Numbered from the stretch's first letter, positions 19,347 through 29,655 are shown. The stretch is DNA of 64,000 nt from Candidatus Poribacteria bacterium (GCA_965215015.1 OZ244042.1:5344001-5408000), one strand, 5' to 3'. Numbers and translations are program-made. Notes: generated from the letters alone by a model not told the origin.

Positions 19347-19404
19347 AAAAAAGCCTCCTGATGCTGATAGGAAGTGTATCTGTTTCATATAAACATCAGG
19401 AGGC
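19347..19404 (-). terminator. Terminator hairpin after the LamG gene, copy 2
   Basis: GCCTCCTGATG...CATCAGGAGGC-TTTTTT on the minus strand. Confidence 0.7.
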
Positions 19405-19439
19405 GAATAATGTTATCCTTGCGGGTTTAAGTTTGTTGA

Positions 19440-20300
19440 TTAGAAACTTCGTCTTAGGGATGCCCATGTTGTGGTGAGCTTCCCACGGGGTTGAACAGCA
19501 AGGAACTCATCCCCCGGTGCCGACATAATCTCTTTGATTTCATCTGGTTCAAAAACTCCCCTCCAAATCATGACTTCATCAAGCGAGCCGTGGAAGAGAT
19601 GTTTGCCCTCGCCGCCCCAACGGGAGGCGATATCGATGGGTCCCGGTGCCGGAATTGCCTTAAAATTTCCGTTGCCGTGACTCCATCCACTGGGACGCTC
19701 TTCGCCATCTACATAGAATTTCATCGTATCTCCCTTGCCTAGAATAGCACTACACGCAACATGCACCCACTGCTTCGTCGGTAAAGGGTCCCCTCTTGCT
19801 GTCTTACGATGCCAGTCTGCGTCTGCTGCATCTCGATAAAACAGCGCGGGATGGCCGGGGTCTTCTATCCGAAAACCGTAATTTGCGTTATTTCCTTCAG
19901 GACGATTGTAGATAACCACAAACTGATTAATTCCAGCCCAGGCCCAATGGTCCGTCTCATTTTTGATCCATGCCATAAGTGTGATTTCCACATTCCCCTG
20001 AAAGGCAAGGCTATCACTTTCTCGGGTTCGGATATTATCAGTACCTTCGGGATCGCCATCTCCATCCTTCATGTTAAACCGCACGGCTTTCCCATATTTT
20101 CCATCAATCCATTCTCCACCCCTTAACCTGCCATCGGCTTCGCTTTCGGACTTGTCCTCCACGGTTCTACCGCCGCCTTCGTCAAGGGGATAATAGAGCA
20201 CTAATTCCAATCCAGGGCGCTGTTTCCCGTTGCCCAACGGGGTAAGGATTAAAAGGACACCTGCTATCAGCAGAACGAAAATCGTTACTTTCATCTTCAT
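19440..20300 (-). CDS. Secreted LamG/concanavalin-like domain protein
   Basis: LVLYYPLDEG...WVHVA...FHGSLDEVMIW; C-terminal VQPRGKLTTTWASLR. Confidence 0.9.
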   Translation of the reverse strand: MKMKVTIFVLLIAGVLLILTPLGNGKQRPGLELVLYYPLDEGGGRTVEDKSESEADGRLRGGEWIDGKYGKAVRFNMKDGDGDPEGTDNIRTRESDSLAFQGNVEITLMAWIKNETDHWAWAGINQFVVIYNRPEGNNANYGFRIEDPGHPALFYRDAADADWHRKTARGDPLPTKQWVHVACSAILGKGDTMKFYVDGEERPSGWSHGNGNFKAIPAPGPIDIASRWGGEGKHLFHGSLDEVMIWRGVFEPDEIKEIMSAPGDEFLAVQPRGKLTTTWASLRRSF

Positions 20301-20687
20301 TGCTTCCTTTCTCCTTTGCTATTGCTCTGTAGATACGGTTAAGGTTATGGCTTACACAGTTGAACGTTCAAGCCCTCGTAGTTCGGTGATGAATCACCGG
20401 ACCATACGACTCACGCCCCCCTATGTTGACATACGCCCAAAGTTGAAACACTAGGATTCTTGCAAATCCCACGGTTCTAGTATACCACAAAATCCGAATG
20501 GATACAAAACTAAAACAGATTGGTATTCCAAAAATAAAGCCTAGGATTTTAGCCCTAAAGGCGTTTTTTAATAGCAGCCCTCCCCTTGTTTTTTTAGGGT
20601 TCAAGCTGTTGTATGGAGAGTTTGTAATTGAGCCCTAATTGCTTAATCTATAAATTAGGGACGATAGGATTGCTAATGATACATAGG

Positions 20688-21896
20688 TCAATCGTCTGCC
20701 TGCATCAGTTCAACTACACGGTCTAAGATTCGATCAGCGACTTCGCGTTTGGAGAGCAGGGGCAGTTGTTCGCAGTTCCCGCTTTGGTCCAACAGGGTCA
20801 CGATGTTGGTATCCCCTTCAAAACCCGCGCCTTCTGCCAGGACGTCATTGGCTACGATGAGATCGCAGTGTTTCTTGATCAGCTTCTTTTGGGCGTTTTC
20901 CAAAAGGTCATCCGTCTCGGCGGCGAAACCGACTGTAATCTGTCCTTTCCTTTTGCGTTCACCCAGAGCTTGTGCGATATCCGGGTTTTGTTCGAGGGGG
21001 ATGGTCAATTGATCGGCGGTTTTCTTGATTTTGTTCGGGGAGAACGCTTGTGGGCGGTAGTCGGCGACGGCTGCTGCCATCACCACGATGTCGGTCTGAT
21101 CGAAGCGTTCGAGGAGTGCGTTTTGCAGCTCCAGTGTGGTTTCTATATATCGGATTTCGACGCTTGTGGGCGGTGTTGCTGTGGCTGGCCCGCTGATGAG
21201 GAGAACCTCTGCCCCGCGATCTCGTGCCGCTTCGGCGACCGCGTATCCCATTTTTCCGCTGGATCGGTTGCTGATAAAACGCACTGGATCGAGGTATTCC
21301 CGCGTGGGTCCTGCTGTGACAACGACTCGCTTCCCGTTTAGGTCTTTGAGTGTGTTCAGCATTTGCGTGATACGTTCCAAGATGACCTCGACCGTGTTCA
21401 GGCGTCCCATCCCCTGCTTTCCAGAGGCGAGATCGCCGCTGACAGGTTCGACAAATTCCACGCCGTGTGACTGCAATTTTTGGATGTTTGCCGCGACATA
21501 CGGGTTTTCATACATGTGTTGTTCCATCGCGGGCGCGATCAGGATGGGACAGTGGACGGAGATTGCGACGGTGGAGAGCGCGTTGTCGGCGATGCCGTTC
21601 GCTATCTTCCCGATGATGTTTGCCGTGGCGGGGACGATTGCCAGCAGATCGGCTTTGTCTGCGAGATCGATGTGCACCGGCTTCCAGTCGGAACCGAGAT
21701 CGAAGAGGTCAAGTAGCACAGGGTTTCGGGAAATGACCTGAAATTGGATCGGCTGCACCAGGCATGCCGCGTTTTCTGTCATGACTACATACACCGAGTG
21801 CCCCTGCTTCACCAATTGGCTCGCTATATCGATAGATTTATGGATGGCAATTCCGCCGGTAACGCCGAGAATGATGGTCTTATTTTTTTTGTTCAT
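20688..21896 (-). CDS. coaBC: Phosphopantothenoylcysteine decarboxylase/ligase
   Basis: LGVTGGIA, PATAN, TAGPTRE.LDPVRFISNRSSGKMG, AAVADY, VGFAAET. Confidence 0.97.
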   Translation of the reverse strand: MNKKNKTIILGVTGGIAIHKSIDIASQLVKQGHSVYVVMTENAACLVQPIQFQVISRNPVLLDLFDLGSDWKPVHIDLADKADLLAIVPATANIIGKIANGIADNALSTVAISVHCPILIAPAMEQHMYENPYVAANIQKLQSHGVEFVEPVSGDLASGKQGMGRLNTVEVILERITQMLNTLKDLNGKRVVVTAGPTREYLDPVRFISNRSSGKMGYAVAEAARDRGAEVLLISGPATATPPTSVEIRYIETTLELQNALLERFDQTDIVVMAAAVADYRPQAFSPNKIKKTADQLTIPLEQNPDIAQALGERKRKGQITVGFAAETDDLLENAQKKLIKKHCDLIVANDVLAEGAGFEGDTNIVTLLDQSGNCEQLPLLSKREVADRILDRVVELMQADD

Positions 21897-22027
21897 TATG
21901 CTATCTTCCTGTGCTTTTGACAATATATTGTCTGAATCGGGATTTACAGGATTAGCGGATTTTCAGGATAATCCATTGTGGGGAGATGGAATCGAGGGCG
22001 TATCTCAGATTGCCACTCTCCAGTCGG

Positions 22028-25000
22028 TTACGATGTAAGTGCCGGCAATCCCTCCACAATTGCTACTGTCTCCAAACTGACTGCAATCACCTTCCCGATT
22101 AGCTTGACGATGTACTCTGGATCGTCCGGGCGGTTCGGGTCGTTGAGGATGCTGCTGCGTTTGTCTGTTTTGACGCAATACTGGTTGATTACCCATTCCA
22201 ACGCGGACCGATTCCCAAGCCGATAGTCAAACGCCTGTGCCGGTATCCCGTCGAGGGTTAGGAAGTTGTTGTACTTTATTTGCGTTTTGTCTTTGGACAA
22301 CTTCATCTTCTTCACCCTCCAATCGAGCGGCACCTCACGGTTTTCGATGAATGCGAGCTGATATTCGGGCATCTCCTCATAGCCGATGTGGATTTCCGCC
22401 AACCGTTGTCCCGCTTTGGCAAACCCCCAAAAGTCGGGGGTGTACGGCAGGCGCGGCAGGTCGCGCTTGAGGTTCGCTTGATACCGTTCCCGATAGTCGG
22501 GGTGATGCAAGAGGGCGTAGACGTAATGAAAAATGTCCCACTTGGCGATTTTCTCATCTTGATAATGTGTTCGGAATTGTGTTAACGCCCAATCGGTGAT
22601 GTTTTCGCGGCGGTTTGTTCCGTCCTCGTCGTAGGTGTAAAAGGGGAAGCATTGGGCCTTTTCAAAGGCTAAATCTAAGGTAGGAATCCTGTTTGTTATA
22701 AGACAACCAAAGCCTTTTCTATCACCAATACCAGCAACACAAATCACCCGATTTTCTGTTTCGGCCTCTGGTGTGGGAAAGATAGATGGTAACACATACA
22801 CGCAATTGTTCATAACCCGATCAAAGTAGAGGTTTGATTTTGTGAAAGGACGGTAGAATGAACTTCTCACCTTGTGTTCGGTATATTCGGCGATTCTCTC
22901 TCGTTTTAAGTGCTGTCTTAATTCCCGATCCCACTTGATTTTCTTGTCATCATAAACCACAAAATCATCGACATTTGCGTTCCGATTGACTTGACGTTTC
23001 CATCGATCGACTTCTGCATTGTAGGTATCAATCATACCGCTTATGTTTTCAGCCAAAGCGTTTCGATTAAAGTTGTACGCCCACGCATCGCGATTGGTTT
23101 TAACGCCGTTGCTGAACCTGTGAAAGATTACCTCCATCACCTCACTTTTTTCTGTCTTCGCTTTCTTTGTCCCTATCGGGATAAAGGTTTCAAATTCGGC
23201 GTGGAGCCCCTCTGTCAACCATGTGTGGCGTGTGTCGGGAAGAATGGTCTGCCAATCTAGATTGCCTATATGTCCATACTCATTCAGAAAATCGAACTTT
23301 CGTTTTTTGTTCCATTGGTCATCGGTGCGATAGTAAAAGATACAAGCAGAGACCGAGCCTCCTCTGTTTGTAGTAGGGCGATTCATCGCCCGTCCGTTCT
23401 TCACAAATAGATTAATGCTCACGCCGACCCGTATCCCGAACACATTGGCATCCGAGACCTTCAATCCCTTCCGTGCATTTCCGCCCAAGTCCAAAATATA
23501 AATCGCGTCGAAATCGTCTGCAAGGTGTTTCCGCATTCCGTCAAACGCCACATCACCGAGAAAGCTGTTGTTGGTCACGAAGGCGATAACCCCTTCCTCA
23601 CCAATCCGATCCGATGCCCACCGAATTGCTTTTACATACGGATCGTAGAGTTTACTTTTGAGCGTCGCCTTGGAATCTTTTGCATAGGTTTCTGCAACCC
23701 GTGCGTCCATCGCTGGATATTTCCGATTCCTGTTATTGTCGCTATCGTTGACCTGACCGACGTTATAGGGTGGATTGCCAATAATCACAAACATCGGGGC
23801 CACCTTCTGACTCTCAACGCGCTGGGTGTTCTCCGGCGCGAATAGCGGCAACTGTCGCTCCTCTGCCAGTTCAAACGTATCCACAAGACAGATGCCCTCA
23901 AAGGGACGATACGTGCCTATCGCCTCGTAAAATTCATGCTCGATATTCATTGACGCGATGTAGTACGGCAGCAGCATCACCTCGTTGCAGTGCAATTCTG
24001 TCGTATATTTTTCCGACAGCGCAGTCTTGCGAATTTCGCGCATCGTCCGCACGATAAAATTGCCCGTTCCAACAAACGGGTCGATGATGTGGACACCGGC
24101 ATCGGAGACCGACCGATTAAATTCAGTCTGTAATATCTCCTCAACACTTCTCACCATAAAATTGACAATCGGCTGCGGCGTGTAGACGATACCGTGTGTA
24201 TCGGCGACCTCCACCGAAAAACCTTGAAAAAACTGTTCATAAACGGTGTTGAGAAATCCCTGTTTTTGGGAGAAGTCGTTGATTGTTGCCGCTGTGCGCT
24301 CGATTGCTGCATAGAAAGGGTCAAGGCTACGGAGAAAATCATCGCGGCTAAACGACTGTGAGGTGAGTGCGTCTACTACCTTCTCAATTTCATTGGCGAT
24401 GACATTGCGGCGGGTGAAGTCGGGGTTATCGAAAACGGTGCGGAAGATGCGCTCGGTCAAGAGGTGCTGGATAAGCATCTCCTCGACAGCGGCTTCGGAA
24501 AGATTGGGGTTGATTGATTGCTGACATTTCTCGTAAAAGGCCTTAAATGCCCCGGTAAAGTGGGGGCTGGTCTCCCGTTCCTTTTGGATTAAATCCGCTA
24601 GCTCGCTCCCGATGTCGGGGACTCTGTTCTTAAAATGTGCAACTGCCTCCTCCCATTGGGTGTATTCTGGTGGCCGGTATGCAAAAAAGGTGTCGAGAAT
24701 CTTTATCAGTTGGGTAGGGTCGGTGAGGTCGGCTTGGTGTATCTGCTGACCGTTCTGCCAAAGGTGTGCGCGGTGTGGGGTTTGGAAGAGGATATTGTTG
24801 CGGGGGTATCCTTTTTCCAACTTTCGTCCGATTTCGGTAATCAGGTCGTCGTGGCTATCCTTCGCTTCCCAATAGCCGTGAATCAGGTTAAAATTGTCAA
24901 TCAAGGCACCGTCAACAACAATACGCCTGTTTTGATCTCCAGTCATTGAATATTCAGGGACGAGCGTCCAATCAAACTGGCGTCCACAGGATTCGAGCAG

Positions 25001-25120
25001 AAATTGGAAGGCTGATCGAACGGCGGTTTCGTGCGTGACACCCAATCGAGTGTATCGATCGAGTGCGGTGTAGTAGTCTCTGATGGGTTTGTGAGTGGGT
25101 TTGAGGGTGAGGGTTAGCAT
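22028..25120 (-). CDS. Single-polypeptide restriction-modification enzyme (N6-adenine MTase with Type ISP-like C-terminal specificity domain, no helicase)
   Basis: N-terminal VVDG...EAK nuclease-like motif, GIVYTP, DPFVGTGNF (motif I), IGNPPY (motif IV), YRPF and SALEWVINQY ISP-type C-terminus. Confidence 0.88.
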   Translation of the reverse strand: MLTLTLKPTHKPIRDYYTALDRYTRLGVTHETAVRSAFQFLLESCGRQFDWTLVPEYSMTGDQNRRIVVDGALIDNFNLIHGYWEAKDSHDDLITEIGRKLEKGYPRNNILFQTPHRAHLWQNGQQIHQADLTDPTQLIKILDTFFAYRPPEYTQWEEAVAHFKNRVPDIGSELADLIQKERETSPHFTGAFKAFYEKCQQSINPNLSEAAVEEMLIQHLLTERIFRTVFDNPDFTRRNVIANEIEKVVDALTSQSFSRDDFLRSLDPFYAAIERTAATINDFSQKQGFLNTVYEQFFQGFSVEVADTHGIVYTPQPIVNFMVRSVEEILQTEFNRSVSDAGVHIIDPFVGTGNFIVRTMREIRKTALSEKYTTELHCNEVMLLPYYIASMNIEHEFYEAIGTYRPFEGICLVDTFELAEERQLPLFAPENTQRVESQKVAPMFVIIGNPPYNVGQVNDSDNNRNRKYPAMDARVAETYAKDSKATLKSKLYDPYVKAIRWASDRIGEEGVIAFVTNNSFLGDVAFDGMRKHLADDFDAIYILDLGGNARKGLKVSDANVFGIRVGVSINLFVKNGRAMNRPTTNRGGSVSACIFYYRTDDQWNKKRKFDFLNEYGHIGNLDWQTILPDTRHTWLTEGLHAEFETFIPIGTKKAKTEKSEVMEVIFHRFSNGVKTNRDAWAYNFNRNALAENISGMIDTYNAEVDRWKRQVNRNANVDDFVVYDDKKIKWDRELRQHLKRERIAEYTEHKVRSSFYRPFTKSNLYFDRVMNNCVYVLPSIFPTPEAETENRVICVAGIGDRKGFGCLITNRIPTLDLAFEKAQCFPFYTYDEDGTNRRENITDWALTQFRTHYQDEKIAKWDIFHYVYALLHHPDYRERYQANLKRDLPRLPYTPDFWGFAKAGQRLAEIHIGYEEMPEYQLAFIENREVPLDWRVKKMKLSKDKTQIKYNNFLTLDGIPAQAFDYRLGNRSALEWVINQYCVKTDKRSSILNDPNRPDDPEYIVKLIGKVIAVSLETVAIVEGLPALTS

Positions 25121-25146
25121 TGTGTTTTTAGGGCAAGCGAAGGTTG

Positions 25147-25650
25147 TTAGAGGTTGTTTGGCTCAGACAGCACTCTCACTAGATTCCGGCTTTTTCCGCA
25201 ATGCCCTACCCGAATCCGCAGATTACTGCCGCGAAAGTTCACATTAAGTTGTTTTGTCCCTCTGGGATTAATCCATTTAATGCCCCGCCCTTGGAACAGG
25301 ATTGGTCTGTAAACGGTTTTCAGAGCCCTCATTCTTGGAGCGATGTTGGCGGCAAAGTTCAAACTGTTTTGCAGCTTTTCAGTTACCTCCGATTGTTCGG
25401 CTTTGCCGCTCTTGAGTTCAATGGGTGCCGCAACGAGGTTGTTTTCAGTGATGTCAATAAAGAAGAGAAGACGGTCACACCGTTTCTCTGTTATGTTGCG
25501 TGAATCGAACTCACGCTCGACATCTATCACAACCCGATGGAAGGGTATATCGGTCATGTCCACACTACAGCCCTCACCTCCACACGAATCGGTAAGACTT
25601 GATTTATCCACCCGTTCCCGGATAGCGTTGAGAACCTTATTCACATTCAA
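25147..25650 (-). CDS. Hypothetical PD-(D/E)xK nuclease-like protein
   Basis: KRCD...IELKSG motif; overlaps the upstream ATPase stop. Confidence 0.6.
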   Translation of the reverse strand: MNVNKVLNAIRERVDKSSLTDSCGGEGCSVDMTDIPFHRVVIDVEREFDSRNITEKRCDRLLFFIDITENNLVAAPIELKSGKAEQSEVTEKLQNSLNFAANIAPRMRALKTVYRPILFQGRGIKWINPRGTKQLNVNFRGSNLRIRVGHCGKSRNLVRVLSEPNNL

Positions 25651-27109
25651 GTTCGCTCTCGTCTTTCAGTTCCTCAATTCGGTTCTGCAAGCCGGCCCAA
25701 CGGTTGTAAAGGGATTCGGCCACATCCTCATAATCCTCAGGCTCGATGCCTACAATGTGATCGAATTGAATTTCCTTCACCGGCTGATCTTTTTGGAAGT
25801 GCCACGCTCCCACTTCATCCGGTAACAGCCAATCGTTGGTTTCTTTTTTTAGCGCATTTTTTTCCTTGAGCATACCGACACGCACCAAGTTTCCAATCTC
25901 TTGGAGCATGTAGTCGCTATGTGTTGTTACAAGCACCCGTACTCCAGCACGGACCAAGCGAGCGATGGTCTTTGCCATGTCAGCCTGAGCGGCGGGGTGC
26001 AGATGGGCTTCCGGTTCCTCAATAATGAGCGTGTCGCCGGGACGGACGAGCCCGCGGATGAACAGCACAAGGGGAGCGAGTTCAGATACCATTGACGAGG
26101 AACGGGTCAGACTAATGTCCTGTTTAGTTTCTTGGGGACGATAGCGAAATTCTGGGTACCCCGCCGGTGAGGGCTTTATGATTATCTGTCCATTGAGCAG
26201 ATCGTCTTCCAATACATTGGCAATGTGACTGATTCCGTCGTCCGGTTCTGTGCTTTTCCTTAATCTTGCACGTCCTTCGTAGAGTATGAGTTTTTCTATG
26301 AAGTCTGCTACCACGCCCGAAAGGGTCGGAATCTCTGACGCTTCCAAGCCAACGCGGGTAGAACGTGCTACAAGTGAACTTGCTATTACCCGATGGCTCT
26401 GCATGATGCCACTCCGGGCGGCGGGGAGATAGTAAGCTTTTTGTTCACATCTGCGATATTCGGACAAGAGTGCAATGATATCGTCAAAATCAATTAGCGG
26501 AATCGAGGACAACCGATCCGCTGGAAAAATGGTAGCGTTTTCGTTGATCGCTCCATCTATGGCGATTCTTGATTCAGAGACTCCCATTGTCAAAGACCAG
26601 AGGTCCTGGTTCTCCTCACCGACTATCAGTGAAATAGTGATTTCATCGTTTTGGTCCCCGATCGACCGTATTAACCCTGAAACGGAATCGAGGTCGAAAC
26701 AGCGTAGGAGTTTGGTCTTTAGATCTGGTCCGAGGAAGGACGGGGTCCTAAGTTTCGTCTGTGCCCGTTCGCGCACCCCTTGGGGTAGGTCCGAGAATTT
26801 GAAGGGTTGATCCCAGCTTGCCTTGTTGAATGCGTTCAGAAGTTCTTTCTTGTCTACCGGAGGATTGTAATCTAAGCCATACGCTAAGAGCCGTAAGATG
26901 TGCAGCACAGGAAATCCTGAGAATTCCTCAAAGAGGTGGTGCAGCGCGTAGATTAGCATTGAAAGATAGGTCTTACCGGTGTTACTCGGTCCGACAAATA
27001 CCGTTAAGGGGCGAAGGTCGAGATCGGCTTCTGCAATCGGTCCGAAGTTGCGGACTGAGATTTCGACTTTCGGTGTATTGCGGGGTTTTGCCCTGTCATC
27101 TCCGTTCAT
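25637..27109 (-). CDS. AAA_15/AAA_21-type ABC-family ATPase
   Basis: NFGPI, GPSNTGKT (Walker A), SSMV, IIEEPEAHLHP, TTHS. Confidence 0.9.
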   Translation of the reverse strand: MNGDDRAKPRNTPKVEISVRNFGPIAEADLDLRPLTVFVGPSNTGKTYLSMLIYALHHLFEEFSGFPVLHILRLLAYGLDYNPPVDKKELLNAFNKASWDQPFKFSDLPQGVRERAQTKLRTPSFLGPDLKTKLLRCFDLDSVSGLIRSIGDQNDEITISLIVGEENQDLWSLTMGVSESRIAIDGAINENATIFPADRLSSIPLIDFDDIIALLSEYRRCEQKAYYLPAARSGIMQSHRVIASSLVARSTRVGLEASEIPTLSGVVADFIEKLILYEGRARLRKSTEPDDGISHIANVLEDDLLNGQIIIKPSPAGYPEFRYRPQETKQDISLTRSSSMVSELAPLVLFIRGLVRPGDTLIIEEPEAHLHPAAQADMAKTIARLVRAGVRVLVTTHSDYMLQEIGNLVRVGMLKEKNALKKETNDWLLPDEVGAWHFQKDQPVKEIQFDHIVGIEPEDYEDVAESLYNRWAGLQNRIEELKDESELECE

Positions 27110-27173
27110 GTTAATTTTCCTTTTCGTTGATGCCGGGGTACTGTGGAAAGGGGGTTTTCAGCTATGCGTTCTG

Positions 27174-27812
27174 CTATTGGGGAGTAGAAAACTCTTGAGA
27201 GATTACATCGAGAAGCTGCCCGTCAATTCGACAGCGTTCTGCGGAGATGACGTGGCGAATTTGAGTCGCAGCTTTCTTGACATTATGGTCCGGATTCACG
27301 ATACAGTAGTTGTAGTCTACAATATAAGCGAACTCTGATTTCGCTGTTAGCAAACGCTGTTGAAGTTCCGAATCAGATTCTGTCCTGCGGTTGCGAAGCC
27401 GCTTCTCTAAACTTTCAAGGGAGGGAGGTAAGAGAAAGATGCTGGTGCACCGGATGTCAAGGTTTTTTATCTTTTTCGCCCCGTGCACATCAATTTCTAA
27501 AATCAAATCCTTACCGCTTTCGATGGTTGATTCTATCGTGGATTTTAGGGTGCCGTAGTAGTGTCCGCCATATTTCACCCACTCTAGAAAACCTCCCCCC
27601 TGAATCAGGGCTTCAAATTTGGTTTGGTCTAAAAAATGGTAGTCGACACCATCAGTTTCATTGGAGCGGGGTGGACGAGTCGTTGCGGAGATCGAAAACT
27701 CTAATGTTGTATCGACTTTACAAAGTTCTTTGATAACACTGGTTTTGCCGGTTCCAGAGGGGCCCGATATAACAATGAATAATCCCTTTCGGGATGGTCG
27801 ATTATTCCACAT
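27174..27812 (-). CDS. gmk: Guanylate kinase
   Basis: SGPSGTGKT, SATTRPPR..E.DGVDYHF, YYGT. Confidence 0.96.
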   Translation of the reverse strand: MWNNRPSRKGLFIVISGPSGTGKTSVIKELCKVDTTLEFSISATTRPPRSNETDGVDYHFLDQTKFEALIQGGGFLEWVKYGGHYYGTLKSTIESTIESGKDLILEIDVHGAKKIKNLDIRCTSIFLLPPSLESLEKRLRNRRTESDSELQQRLLTAKSEFAYIVDYNYCIVNPDHNVKKAATQIRHVISAERCRIDGQLLDVISQEFSTPQ

Positions 27813-28686
27813 TCTGAACCAATTCCCGAATTTTTTCAATCTCTGTTTTCAGGGCAACGGTGGTGTAGGAGATGGCAGATCGAGACGCTTTGGCGGAGAT
27901 GGTATTGGCCTCTCGATTCATTTCTTGTAGTAGAAAATCGAGTTGTCTGCCGATGGGTTGGGTTGCTTGCAGATATTCATCAAACTGAGAGCAGTGGCTG
28001 TCGAGGCGCACCAGTTCCTCTGTGATGTCTGAACGAGAGGCGATGATGCCCGCCTCCATCGTGAGGCGATGTGGGTCAATTTTAACACGCTCCTCAAGGA
28101 GTTCGTTCAAACGTGCTTCGAGTCTTGTATGCGTGGATTCCACGAGATTCGCGCTAGCCGCTTTTATCTTCCGGGTCAGAAGCTGGACAGAGTGGAGGCG
28201 TCCTTTGACTTCTTCCAACATGGCAGCTCCTTCTGCCTGCTTGGTTGTTTCCAATCCCTCCAGAGCGGTTTCTAGGTGAGGTTGTAACACCTTCCACACT
28301 AATTCTTCGTCCAAATCGGCTTTCTGTGCAGTTAGGACGCCGGGGAGCTGGACTAACAAAGCGAGCGACACCTCATCACCGAATTGCAGCCTATTTTGCA
28401 ACTTTACAAGTGCTTGATGGTACCGCTCCGCCAGATTAGAATTGAGAAGGGGGAGTTGGTTTGAAACGGATGCGTCTTCGGTCCACTCAACTATGGCTTG
28501 GATTTGTCCTCTCGAAACTCGATTCCGTATGGTGCTATTGATTTGATGGTCAAATCTGGAGAGAAATTCTGGGGTACGGACGGTTACTTTACAGTAGCGG
28601 GCGTTCCACGATTTGATTTCAATGATTAATTGGCCAAAGGGTGTTTCTGCTTTATGCCGGCTGTAACCCGTCATGCTTCTAATCAT
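27802..28686 (-). CDS. yicC: YicC/YloC family endoribonuclease
   Basis: MIRSMTGY start; GRQLDFLLQEMNREANT...EKIRELVQNVE. Confidence 0.95.
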   Translation of the reverse strand: MIRSMTGYSRHKAETPFGQLIIEIKSWNARYCKVTVRTPEFLSRFDHQINSTIRNRVSRGQIQAIVEWTEDASVSNQLPLLNSNLAERYHQALVKLQNRLQFGDEVSLALLVQLPGVLTAQKADLDEELVWKVLQPHLETALEGLETTKQAEGAAMLEEVKGRLHSVQLLTRKIKAASANLVESTHTRLEARLNELLEERVKIDPHRLTMEAGIIASRSDITEELVRLDSHCSQFDEYLQATQPIGRQLDFLLQEMNREANTISAKASRSAISYTTVALKTEIEKIRELVQNVE

Positions 28687-28688
28687 GA

Positions 28689-29147
28689 TTAATCTGCCGC
28701 TTCCTGCCATTCCACTAAGATTGGAGATTCAACACGAATTGCATCTTTGATGCAGACTTCTTCACAGAGCTTGCATCCAACACAATCTTTCGGTTTCGCA
28801 AGTTCGCAGATACCGAAGAAACTCTCGGCGTGTTCGCCGGTCACGGGGTCTTTTAGCTCTAGGCAATCCCACGGACAGATGTGGACGCAGAAATCACAAC
28901 CAGAGCAGAGTTCCTCATAGATGATGGCGATTGGGCGATCTTTGGGACGCTTGATAAATTTAGCGACATCTCCATTCTGATCGTGGATGGCTTCAACCGG
29001 GCAGACCATACCACACGCACTACAGTCGATACAGATATCCGGGTCTATGATATGAAGCATTTTGCGGTCGCCGGTGATAGCATCAACGGGGCAATTTGTT
29101 AGACATGCCATACAACCGACGCATTCTTCTGTTATGTAGTAAGCCAT
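28689..29147 (-). CDS. Polyferredoxin with four [4Fe-4S] motifs
   Basis: Four CxxCxxCxxxC motifs. Confidence 0.9.
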   Translation of the reverse strand: MAYYITEECVGCMACLTNCPVDAITGDRKMLHIIDPDICIDCSACGMVCPVEAIHDQNGDVAKFIKRPKDRPIAIIYEELCSGCDFCVHICPWDCLELKDPVTGEHAESFFGICELAKPKDCVGCKLCEEVCIKDAIRVESPILVEWQEAAD

Positions 29148-29257
29148 TAAAAACGCGCTCCCTCCTTAATGAATTTGAGAAATCTTTCACTTGGAATAAG
29201 TGATGGAAATCAGCGGTCAATGCGGATAAGTTTTAGGCAGACAACTGATCACCCCTA

Positions 29258-29287
29258 ATTATAACATGGATACTACGATTAAATCAA
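29258..29287 (-). promoter_or_regulatory. Sigma70 promoter of the ferredoxin-yicC-gmk operon
   Basis: Minus strand TTGATT-N18-TATAAT with TG extension. Confidence 0.55.
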
Positions 29288-29655
29288 CAGAGAATCGTCA
29301 TTTGATTTTTAGTAAATTGATCTAAATTGTCACATGGCGGTGCGCCGGGGCTCTGTTGGTTCATTCGCTCATTGGTGCAATTGTAGTAGGCCTGCTCCAG
29401 TGTGCTGCCCCCCCCTCAGTCCCAAATACCCACACGGTATATCTTCCCCCTGATTGAGGGGGTAGGCTCAATGAGCCAGGAAAGGAATAAATCGTTTCTT
29501 GTAAACCATAACCGCTACTCCTTTCTGTCAAGAACCCCACCCATTCTACGCGCAATGAATTGCGCTACTACGAACTCTTATAACATCCATGTTAAGAACA
29601 TGAATACGGAACGTAGATTTGCGTTCCCTACAAAGGATTTGCCCTATCTTTTTTA

